From: a virus
Taxonomy: Duplodnaviria > Heunggongvirae > Uroviricota > Caudoviricetes
Virus record (IMG/VR): IMGVR_UViG_3300029459_000073
Location: 1-7,806 of that record
Length of the DNA stretch: 7,806 nucleotides
Direction: 5' to 3' (one strand)
Position numbers and translations under genes: made by a program. The notes under the pieces were generated by a model. That model was not told the DNA's origin. It did not search any database and was given only the letters and a program-made list of their open reading frames with translations. Positions within the stretch are counted from its first letter, which is position 1. Every line of letters begins with the position of its first letter. Shown in pieces: positions 1-6,083 of this stretch.

Positions 1-208
1 CAGCAATATCCATGAAAAACTGCTTCGCCTGCTTTTTCGCCTCAGCTTCGTAAAACTCCAGCGTGGCACCTTCAGTACGGTCAAGACTAATCGCCACATT
101 TGGCAACAACAGTGGCGGATACCCACCAATTTCCAGTGCCACAGTAACAGCTATCTTATCCGGGTAATGATTTATCCCTTTTACAACCAGTTCATATTTT
201 TTATTCAT
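1..208 (-). CDS. Hypothetical protein, partial (first 69 codons; gene continues past window position 1). Not a recognisable endolysin N-terminus.
   Basis: Hand translation of the reverse complement from ATG at 208..206 gives MNKKYELVVKGINHYPDKIAVTVALEIGGYPPLLLPNVAISLDRTEGATLEFYEAEAKKQAKQFFMDIA with no stop before the window edge. GGAGAG Shine-Dalgarno lies about 9 nt upstream. It starts 5 nt after the holin stop, so it is probably co-transcribed. Absent from the ORF track only because it is truncated. Confidence 0.45.
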   Translation of the reverse strand, partial: MNKKYELVVKGINHYPDKIAVTVALEIGGYPPLLLPNVAISLDRTEGATLEFYEAEAKKQAKQFFMDIA

Positions 209-212
209 CGCT

Positions 213-428
213 TTACTCTCCCCGCGCCGCCTTACGACGGTCCTCTCTGATTTTGAAATACAGGTTAGTCAGATATGTCAGCAGCCCAAACAGCAGACTT
301 CCCAGTACGCCTATTGCCGCCCACTGAGACGGGGAAACCCTGTCCAGCAGCTGCAGGAACCAGTAGCCCGTCCCCACCGCTGACGTGGTGTATGACACAC
401 CTGTTGTGATTTTTTCCATCTGGTACAT
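213..428 (-). CDS. S: Class II holin (pinholin), phage 21 S21-like, 71 aa, with dual-start MYQM motif
   Basis: The 71-aa product ([71 protein letters not shown]) closely matches my recollection of the phage 21 / DLP12 EssD pinholin, including the C-terminal [15 protein letters not shown] and the [13 protein letters not shown] segment. Two hydrophobic segments are present. GGAG lies about 9 nt upstream of the ATG at 428. Confidence 0.85.
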   Translation of the reverse strand: MYQMEKITTGVSYTTSAVGTGYWFLQLLDRVSPSQWAAIGVLGSLLFGLLTYLTNLYFKIREDRRKAARGE

Positions 429-503
429 ACCCCGTCTCCCGCAATCCGGAAGCTCACAACAACAAGTGGGGCATCAGCTCACACCGACAGCCCCTGCGCA
501 TGG

Positions 504-773
504 TTACATCATCATTTCGCCGTCAGGCTGAGGCTCACTGCCACCATCAGGCTGAGACACGACACCATCTGAAACAGCACTGTCACCCGCACCGTCTTCA
601 GGCCCGTGAGCAGCCGTTACCCCCAGCAGTTCATCAAGAATGGCATCCACTTCAGCATCAAGACGCGCCTCAAGATTCTGACGAAGTTGCTGTTTCAGTG
701 CGCTCCTGACTTCTTCAGAGCGCAGAACATCCTTCACTGCTTCAGCAGTGACCAGCGATTTTATTTCTGACAT
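504..773 (-). CDS. Hypothetical small acidic protein (89 aa from internal ATG at 773..771 of the 147-aa ORF)
   Basis: ORF track 504..947. The internal start gives MSEIKSLVTAEAVKDVLRSEEVRSALKQQLRQNLEARLDAEVDAILDELLGV followed by a low-complexity acidic tail. No convincing RBS. It lies between nanS-p and the holin, where Stx phages carry small ORFs. Weak call. Confidence 0.25.
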   Translation of the reverse strand: MSEIKSLVTAEAVKDVLRSEEVRSALKQQLRQNLEARLDAEVDAILDELLGVTAAHGPEDGAGDSAVSDGVVSQPDGGSEPQPDGEMMM

Positions 774-810
774 GGTATTTTCTCGTTGAAAGGTGTTGTT
801 AAGAAAGTTG

Positions 811-993
811 CTACGGAATGAGAGGCTCTTCGGGTTTTGTTCCGGCTGACTGACTGGCACTGATTTTCTCAGCGGCCCTTTTGTCAATCTGTCTGCGCCA
901 GAAATCGCGCACTGCCCTGTACCCACCCGAAAGAAGATACAGCACACAGACCGCCGTACAGAAGTACAGCATCACCTGATGAATAAATGTCAT
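811..993 (-). CDS. Hypothetical small membrane protein (60 aa, one predicted transmembrane helix)
   Basis: ORF track 811..993 (MTFIHQVMLYFCTAVCVLYLLSGGYRAVRDFWRRQ...). A hydrophobic stretch is followed by a basic segment. ATG at 993..991 with a weak RBS. Overlaps the N-terminal extension of the 504..947 ORF in another frame, so only one of the two readings can be right there. Confidence 0.3.
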   Translation of the reverse strand: MTFIHQVMLYFCTAVCVLYLLSGGYRAVRDFWRRQIDKRAAEKISASQSAGTKPEEPLIP

Positions 994-1089
994 AGTTTCT
1001 TACCGTTATGGTTGACAATGAGAACTGTTTTCATTTAAAAACCGATATACGAAAGCATCTTTTCTTTACATTCTCCATTGGGATTACCT

Positions 1090-1127
1090 CCGCCAGCTTC
1101 CGTTCCTGCCGCTGGCGGCTTTTTTTA
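1090..1127 (+). terminator. Rho-independent terminator, plus-strand orientation, abutting the nanS-p stop codon
   Basis: Stem CCGCCAGC (1090-1097) pairs with GCTGGCGG (1111-1118) around a 13-nt loop, followed by seven T (1120-1126) on the plus strand. On the minus strand the hairpin is followed by AGGTAATCC, which is not U-rich, so it is orientation-specific. Confidence 0.5.
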
Positions 1128-3089
1128 TCATGCCGCGGCATCCGCGTTGTTCACTTCCACCTTCACACTGTCAATCAGCAGCGTATATGTCGCCGCCTTT
1201 GATATGCCTGTCAGTTGCAGTTTGTCCGCCGCCCCTGATGCCGGAGATTTCACCAGTGTGAACGGCGTCCCCCGTTTCTCATCCAGTACCGGCGTCACCT
1301 GAATGCTGTTGTTTCCGGCAAACTCAAAAGCCAGTGTGTGCCATCCGTTATCAAAGACCCCGAACGTATCCAGCTTCGCATTCGGCTTCTTGTGGTACAT
1401 CGCGTTCAGGTTCGTCGCATCCGTCTGCAGGAAGAAGGACATCAGCATGTCGTTGCCTTCCTCTGCCAGCGTCACTCCCTCCGGCAGGGACGACAACTGC
1501 CAGTAAATGCCCAGGGCAAACCGATTCGGCACCAGTGAACCCGGCAACTTAAACCGTACGCTCACACGTCCCCCCTTCTTCAGTAACTCCACTCCCTGTC
1601 CGGCTGCATCATGCTCCAGAAACCAGATGTGGTTTTCCGGTTTATTCAGTTGCAGGGCCTTACCTCCCGTAGCCCCCGCATCACTGACCACCGCTTCAGC
1701 AATGTTTTTGTTAACATTGTCTCCGCTCGCCGGTTTGTGATAATAGCGCCAGCCCTGTGATGCCAGGTCTTCGCCGGACGCCAGCAGACTCATCAGGGTT
1801 CGGTTACTGACCGGGGCTTCCGGCTCTCTCTCCGTACCTTCACCGGAAGGTCCGGTGGGCTTCACCGTATCAGGCTGTTTTCCGGTAATGAATTCAGCGG
1901 TTCTCCCGGCATGCACAAGAATCGCCGTTGCCAGACGGTCGGAAATAATCCCACGACGTGCCCATGATCCAAAATGCGTTTTACGGTCGGCCGTCGTCCA
2001 GGTTTTGGCGTCCGTTCGACCACCGGCTCCGTAATACCCAATATCCGCAACATCCGGATCTTCTGACGGCTCGTTGGTACCCACATTTCGCCCGTTTTCA
2101 TCCGTCATAAACGGCACAAAGAAGATTTTTTTTGCGGATTTCGTCTTGTATGCACCATACACCGCATCGTATTGCGAAGAATAAGTCTGCTTCCAGTAGT
2201 AGGTCGTGTCGCCACAAATCCAGGGAACCGATGACGGAGAGCCCCCGAGACACTGACCTCCGAATTCCGACAGGTCAGAACGATATTTTTCCACCATGGA
2301 ATCAAACAGCCCCGGCTGAGTGGCGTATGCACCCTGTTTCAAATCAAACTCGCCCTGCATCCAGACCACTGCAAGCAGAATATTTTTAGGGTTAGCCTTC
2401 AGTGCGGCCTGAGTACGGGTAAGCAGGTCCTTGTACAGTGGCTTATCTACACCCCAGCGTGCCGAGGTCTCGCTTGCGCCGGTGGATTCGCTGAAGGTAC
2501 CTTCATCGCCCGCCAAAAATGCAGAACCACCACGGCAGCACGGAACCAGAAGAATACCGGCATTCGCCGGAATAAACGGCAACAATTTCTTCGCGATATG
2601 TAATCCCTGCCCCACGCATCCATACTGAGCTGCGCTGGCTTTCGGGTGTGAAAACTTACTCAAATCCTGAACATCATGCAGGCAGTGGTCCGCAGGAATA
2701 ATGTCATTGTAGTTACAGGACGCACCACCCGGCGTGACAGTGCTGCGACGCGCCAGCTGTTTAATACGCGGGTCCGGACGGTCATATGTCTCCGGCAGCG
2801 GAAGCCCTTCACCATACGCCATACCGTTTGACTGCCCGGCCAGGGCAACAACAAAGTAATACTCCGGGTTGCTGGTGGTGCTGATAACTGCGCCTTCTCC
2901 ATCCGACGGCTTCACCACCACAGGTGTGGTGACATCACCTTCCGCCGCAATGGCCTGCATCAGGGTATAAGGCGTGATGGCCACCGGACTGCCAAATGGC
3001 TGCCACCCCTCCTTCAGTTTTTGTGTCAGTCGCTCCGCAAGGTCTGACGGCGACGCCGCCCTGACCACGTCATAGTGTTTAAATGCCAT
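1128..3089 (-). CDS. nanS: Prophage-encoded sialate (9-O-acetyl-N-acetylneuraminic acid) O-acetylesterase, NanS-p type, 653 aa
   Basis: The N-terminus MAFKHYDVVRAASPSDLAERLTQKLKEGWQPFG matches the DUF1737 start I recall for the 933W-type NanS-p (the yjhS-like gene downstream of stxB). The central region carries the SASA/SGNH-type block VVALAGQSNGMAYGEG. Strong RBS GGGAGG 5 nt upstream of the ATG at 3089. Single uninterrupted 653-codon frame. Confidence 0.88.
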   Translation of the reverse strand: MAFKHYDVVRAASPSDLAERLTQKLKEGWQPFGSPVAITPYTLMQAIAAEGDVTTPVVVKPSDGEGAVISTTSNPEYYFVVALAGQSNGMAYGEGLPLPETYDRPDPRIKQLARRSTVTPGGASCNYNDIIPADHCLHDVQDLSKFSHPKASAAQYGCVGQGLHIAKKLLPFIPANAGILLVPCCRGGSAFLAGDEGTFSESTGASETSARWGVDKPLYKDLLTRTQAALKANPKNILLAVVWMQGEFDLKQGAYATQPGLFDSMVEKYRSDLSEFGGQCLGGSPSSVPWICGDTTYYWKQTYSSQYDAVYGAYKTKSAKKIFFVPFMTDENGRNVGTNEPSEDPDVADIGYYGAGGRTDAKTWTTADRKTHFGSWARRGIISDRLATAILVHAGRTAEFITGKQPDTVKPTGPSGEGTEREPEAPVSNRTLMSLLASGEDLASQGWRYYHKPASGDNVNKNIAEAVVSDAGATGGKALQLNKPENHIWFLEHDAAGQGVELLKKGGRVSVRFKLPGSLVPNRFALGIYWQLSSLPEGVTLAEEGNDMLMSFFLQTDATNLNAMYHKKPNAKLDTFGVFDNGWHTLAFEFAGNNSIQVTPVLDEKRGTPFTLVKSPASGAADKLQLTGISKAATYTLLIDSVKVEVNNADAAA

Positions 3090-3283
3090 GAATCCTCCCG
3101 GCCTGGATAATATTGTGAGTAAAATGAGGAGCGGGCTGAAGTCCGGAAGTTACAGGACAATGGCAGAAGATAGACAACAGCCCGCAATACGAAAAAGGCC
3201 GCGCTATTGCGCAGAGTGATTACTGTCGGATATTATTCGCCAGCTGAAATATTACTTCACGTTTTGTTGTTTATTCCTTGCCG

Positions 3284-3311
3284 CCCGCGTCTCCCAGCGC
3301 GGGATTTTTTT
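3284..3311 (+). terminator. Rho-independent terminator, plus-strand orientation
   Basis: Stem CCCGCG (3284-3289) pairs with CGCGGG (3298-3303) around an 8-nt loop, followed by ATTTTTTTG (seven T at 3305-3311). Confidence 0.5.
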
Positions 3312-3315
3312 GTCC

Positions 3316-3341
3316 ATAAGAAAGCCCCTCCGGAGAGGGGC
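3316..3341 (-). terminator. Candidate rho-independent terminator, minus-strand orientation, back-to-back with the 3284-3311 terminator
   Basis: Stem GCCCCTC (3324-3330) pairs with GAGGGGC (3335-3341) around loop CGGA. On the minus strand it is followed by TTTCTTAT (complement of 3323-3316). The U-tract is interrupted, so this is a moderate call. Confidence 0.4.
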
Positions 3342-3660
3342 TGGAGAGTGGCGCTATGTGCCATTGCATGGTGCCGGGTGCCTCCCGGTGAGTTCAGTAT
3401 CAGCACCTGAACCCGCACAGAAAGGATAAGGGTCGGTGACAAAACACCAGTTGCTGATTGCCCCTCCGCACAGGGGGATTCACCATGCCAGTTTCTTTTA
3501 ACAAACTCCCCGCAAACCAGACAACAGTCAACCGCCTGAATTGTGAGGTATTTAAAAATTTCAACGGGTAACTGATACCCTGCTAATCGCCTGATGCTTT
3601 CTTTTTCAGCAACGGGAAAGCAACAACCACCACACCCACCAGCCGCCCATTTACCACAAA

Positions 3661-3685
3661 TAAAAAAGCCTTCACTGCGGAAGGC
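3661..3685 (-). terminator. Rho-independent terminator, minus strand, overlapping the stop of the small ORF 3672..3869
   Basis: Stem GCCTTC (3668-3673) pairs with GAAGGC (3680-3685) around a 6-nt loop. On the minus strand it is followed by TTTTTTATATTT (complement of 3667-3656). Confidence 0.5.
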
Positions 3686-3869
3686 GTCTGTAACAACCGA
3701 ACTGATAGTCTGCCAGACCCGCCATAACCAGCTGGGTCAGTATTAACTGGCAGCGTTCGCGTGAAAGGTAAGTATTCTGCGCTATCTCCCCGACTGTCGC
3801 CGGTTCGGTGACGCTTAATTCATTAAACACCACTCTGGCGGTTTCTGTCATATCCTGCTGTTTCAGCAT
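3672..3869 (-). CDS. Hypothetical small protein (66 aa from ATG at 3869..3867), possible helix-turn-helix or winged-helix fold, in the Q to nanS cargo slot
   Basis: ORF track 3672..3992. The 106-aa form begins with GTG inside the U-tract of the upstream terminator, so the internal ATG is preferred; it gives MLKQQDMTETARVVFNELSVTEPATVGEIAQNTYLSRERCQLILTQLVMAGLADYQFGCYRRLPQ. A GGGA motif lies about 9 nt upstream. The ORF is bracketed by minus-strand terminators on both sides. No family recognised. Confidence 0.3.
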   Translation of the reverse strand: MLKQQDMTETARVVFNELSVTEPATVGEIAQNTYLSRERCQLILTQLVMAGLADYQFGCYRRLPQ

Positions 3870-3992
3870 GTCTTTTTCCCTTTTCCGGTTAACGTGACAC
3901 ACCAATAACTCTTGTCGAAAAAGCCAGCAACCTGAAAGAACGGTATTAATAACCACCAGCGAATTTATTGCGCTACTGTATATCGCGGACAC

Positions 3993-4013
3993 AAAAAAAC
4001 CACCTTCCGGTGG
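3993..4013 (-). terminator. tR'-like intrinsic terminator about 80 nt downstream of the Q stop codon
   Basis: Stem CCACC (4000-4004) pairs with GGTGG (4009-4013) around loop TTCC. On the minus strand it is followed by seven T (complement of 3999-3993). The position matches the lambdoid PR'/tR' arrangement immediately after Q. Confidence 0.45.
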
Positions 4014-4019
4014 CTTCCT

Positions 4020-4093
4020 TTTGCGAAAAAAACTTGCGTTTCGCCTCGCGATACAGCTTTGCGAAGCTTATACGGATTGAAGCAGTTTATTGA
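4020..4093 (-). promoter_or_regulatory. Expected location of the late promoter PR' and Q-utilisation (qut) site; exact elements not resolved
   Basis: Positional inference from lambdoid architecture (Q stop, then PR'/qut, then tR'). The best minus-strand -10 candidate is TATAAG (complement of 4072-4067), with a poor -35 that overlaps the Q stop codon. Confidence 0.25.
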
Positions 4094-4657
4094 TCAGTTT
4101 GCAACATTTTTCTCTGTAACAAAAGCCATGCGCATGGGGGCATATAACATAAATTCAGATACCCCCAACCATTGATCAATTCGGCGTCTGCACGTAACCA
4201 ACGACCAATCAGGATGATCTGCATTTAACCTTTCGGCCATTTTCAGTTTGCTCATTCCCCGTCCTTCGTACCTTTGCCGGAGAACATTGATTAGCCCGGG
4301 ATATTCCCCAAGCACCTTACTGATAACGCGATCAATAATCAACGCCTCTGTGTCTGTACAATGTGACAACCAGCTCTTCTGCTTTCCTCTTGTCATATCC
4401 CGAAAAAATGCCTCAAGTTCCGGTTTTTCCAGCCCGGATTTCTTCATTCTGCGCAAAACCTCATTAACTGCTGTTTTCGTCAGCTTTTTCGAAACCAGTA
4501 ACCGGTTAAACATATTTCCGGATTTACCCCCACCGATATACGACCACCGCCCCCACATCCGTAATTTCCCCTGGATCCAGACTGCTTCCAGCGTGTTCAG
4601 GCGTAAATGTTCGCCGCTTTTGCCTGTAATTTCCGGATATATCATATTTACGCTCAC
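4094..4657 (-). CDS. Q: Late-gene antitermination protein Q-like (187 aa from GTG at 4657, or 183 aa from ATG at 4645)
   Basis: It occupies the canonical Q position: directly after rusA (6-nt gap) and directly before a tR'-like terminator and the late/lysis region. The protein family was not matched residue by residue from memory, so the call rests mainly on synteny and size. Confidence 0.6.
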   Translation of the reverse strand: MSVNMIYPEITGKSGEHLRLNTLEAVWIQGKLRMWGRWSYIGGGKSGNMFNRLLVSKKLTKTAVNEVLRRMKKSGLEKPELEAFFRDMTRGKQKSWLSHCTDTEALIIDRVISKVLGEYPGLINVLRQRYEGRGMSKLKMAERLNADHPDWSLVTCRRRIDQWLGVSEFMLYAPMRMAFVTEKNVAN

Positions 4658-4663
4658 TCACTC

Positions 4664-5023
4664 TCAATTTTGTAAATCTTCACACCCAGCCNNNNNNNNN
4701 NNNNNACCAGATACTGGCTGACCACGTACAATATTGATTTCATCAAACTGCTCATCGTCCATTAACAGTCCTGCATGCGTCAGCGCATCCAGCGGCGCTT
4801 TCAGGATATTGTCCAGGTCGCGACGGCGCTTATCCGGTGGCTCTGCCATAATCCTGATTACCAGCCTTCCGGACAGGCTTAATTTCAGCCGCTGCTGGCG
4901 AACAATAAGCGCCACAGCCCGGCGATAACGCTTTCCCTCCTCCGAGATAAAATATGTGCTGCCACGGCGTCGCCAGTAAGTGTTCACCGTCGGCGGGTAA
5001 GGTAAAACCAAATCTATGAGCAT
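4664..5023 (-). CDS. rusA: Crossover junction endodeoxyribonuclease RusA (Holliday junction resolvase), about 119 aa, interrupted near the C-terminus by an N-run
   Basis: MLIDLVLPYPPTVNTYWRRRG...PPDKRRRDLDNILKAPLDALTHAGLLMDDEQ matches the RusA signature I recall from DLP12 RusA (LPWPPS.N.YY..., DRRRRDLDNLQKA.FDALT). Strong RBS AAGAGGTGA 5 nt upstream of the ATG at 5023; the track's start at 5026 is a GTG one codon further up. The C-terminal sequence after 4705 is uncertain because of the N-run at 4692-4705. Confidence 0.85.
   Translation of the reverse strand: MLIDLVLPYPPTVNTYWRRRGSTYFISEEGKRYRRAVALIVRQQRLKLSLSGRLVIRIMAEPPDKRRRDLDNILKAPLDALTHAGLLMDDEQFDEINIVRGQPVSGXXXXXAGCEDLQN
4692..4705. 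other. Run of 14 ambiguous bases (N), an assembly gap or masked bases inside rusA
   Basis: Literal n characters in the sequence. True length and content are unknown. Confidence 0.95.
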
Positions 5024-5035
5024 CACTCACCTCTT

Positions 5036-6082
5036 TTACCCAAGCACGCCAGTTGCAAAGGCGTGATCAAGAAAACGAAAAATTAAATCAACCTGAGAAC
5101 CATGCTTTTCTTCGAACGCCAGAGGATCCGCATGAAGCTCGTTGTGATGCTCCCGACACAGCGGTAGCGTGAAAATATCGTGAGATTTTGTCCCCATTCC
5201 GCCCTGACCATGACCAATCAGGTGATGGGGATCGTCGGCTGGCTTACCACAACACGCACACGGCTGTGTCTTCACCCAGCGTGTGTATTTCTCGTTAACC
5301 CAGCGGCGACGTTTAGGTCGTTTCATGAAAGATTCCGGAGACTCAGGATCAACGGCAATGCTGACCACCGTCTTTTCCTGTGGTGGGTTCTGTTGCTGGT
5401 GGGCGTGAGNNNNNNNNNNNTTTTTTGTGCGCTGTTTCAGTATGCTGGTGGCGGTCTGCTCTCCCGGTACGATGTCGCTTTCACGGTACATTGAGCGGAT
5501 TTTTTCCGCACGCAACCCCAGCGAACGACGTAATACCGCTTCCGGTAGCGCGTCCGCCACCTGATTGTGGACCGCCCACCAGGATAATTCAGCCAGCGAT
5601 AATTCCCGCTCCTGTGTGCCATTCATTGCGTGACGAATGACGTCAATCATCCATGCTGACAAGTTTTGGTGAGCAAGTTGCTCAAGTGATTCGGAGGTCT
5701 GGTCACGCAACTGGTTGTCGCAGTGCCAGCACAACACCATTGCGCCGGTACCATAACGGTGAATGACGGTTTCGCTGTGATGATAATCGCCGTGTGGCCA
5801 CTGGCAGGATTTAATATGGCGCAACAGCCAGTCAGACAATGCACCAGCACCACCAGCAGCACGAATCACCCGTGCGTTACTGAAAAACGGCAGCAATGTT
5901 TTGTCTTCCACCAGCGGCTGGCGAACGGCAGGAACGACCCCGGACGGCAGATTACGCATGCTTTTCGGTTCCGGCTCCACCAGTACCCGGGTATTGTGGA
6001 ATACCGGCATGGATTCACGGCCCGGCTTAACGATCACCAGCCCGAGTTCCGGTACCAGAACAGGTCGAAGTAATACTCGCAC
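5036..6082 (-). CDS. ydfU: DUF968-family prophage protein (YdfU-like) with a C-terminal Cys/His HNH-like motif, 348 aa, interrupted by an N-run
   Basis: Size and position (between the Rem-like ORF and rusA/Q) match the K-12 Qin ydfU as I recall it. The C-terminus carries CACCGKPADDPHHLIGHG...LPLCREHHNELH, a CxxC...HH...CxxHH arrangement. GTG start at 6082 with strong GGAGGT 3 nt upstream; an alternative ATG is at 6010. The internal N-run at 5410-5420 makes the frame across it unverified. Confidence 0.8.
   Translation of the reverse strand: MRVLLRPVLVPELGLVIVKPGRESMPVFHNTRVLVEPEPKSMRNLPSGVVPAVRQPLVEDKTLLPFFSNARVIRAAGGAGALSDWLLRHIKSCQWPHGDYHHSETVIHRYGTGAMVLCWHCDNQLRDQTSESLEQLAHQNLSAWMIDVIRHAMNGTQERELSLAELSWWAVHNQVADALPEAVLRRSLGLRAEKIRSMYRESDIVPGEQTATSILKQRTKXXXXXHAHQQQNPPQEKTVVSIAVDPESPESFMKRPKRRRWVNEKYTRWVKTQPCACCGKPADDPHHLIGHGQGGMGTKSHDIFTLPLCREHHNELHADPLAFEEKHGSQVDLIFRFLDHAFATGVLG
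5410..5420. other. Run of 11 ambiguous bases (N) inside the DUF968 gene
   Basis: Literal n characters in the sequence. Confidence 0.95.
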
Positions 6083-6083
6083 G

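Noticed and set aside
213-428. Possibility that the 71-aa ORF is a generic small membrane protein rather than a holin
   Set aside because: The near-exact match to the S21/EssD pinholin C-terminus and the dual-start motif make the holin call much better supported.
500-709. Plus-strand ORF 500..709 with a His/Gln-rich translation
   Set aside because: It is antisense to the acidic ORF. Its composition reflects the complement of Glu/Asp codons rather than a real protein.
1008-1302. Plus-strand ORFs 1008..1202 and 1078..1302
   Set aside because: They read through a strong plus-strand terminator and overlap the 3' end of nanS-p antisense. The region fits a non-coding interpretation better.
1303-2628. 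Plus-strand ORFs of 65-85 aa (1303..1506, 1334..1552, 1338..1538, 1507..1740, 2132..2389, 2431..2628)
   Set aside because: They lie entirely antisense within the 653-codon nanS-p frame. They are typical shadow ORFs, with no RBS and low-complexity Arg/Ser/Pro-rich translations.
1862-2902. Minus-strand ORFs 1862..2101, 2105..2332 and 2660..2902 inside nanS-p
   Set aside because: They are alternative frames nested in the long esterase ORF. The uninterrupted 653-codon frame with a strong RBS is the coding one.
3207-3442. ORFs 3207..3410 (plus) and 3257..3442 (minus) in the Q to nanS intergenic region
   Set aside because: Both span the back-to-back terminator hairpins at 3284-3341, and their translations are dominated by hairpin-derived Pro/Arg/Gly codons.
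3870-3992. Long 106-aa form of ORF 3672..3992 starting at GTG 3992
   Set aside because: The GTG sits inside the U-tract of the tR'-like terminator with no RBS. The internal ATG at 3869 with a GGGA motif is more plausible, though still uncertain.
3090-4093. tRNA genes or stx genes in the Q to nanS interval, as in Stx phages
   Set aside because: No GTTCGA-type T-loop or cloverleaf-compatible segment was found by eye on either strand, and no ORF has StxA or StxB size or composition. tRNAscan-SE would be the definitive check.
4248-4928. Plus-strand ORFs 4248..4721 and 4734..4928, and minus-strand ORF 4830..5030
   Set aside because: They are antisense or alternative-frame shadows of Q and rusA, and 4248..4721 runs through the N-run.
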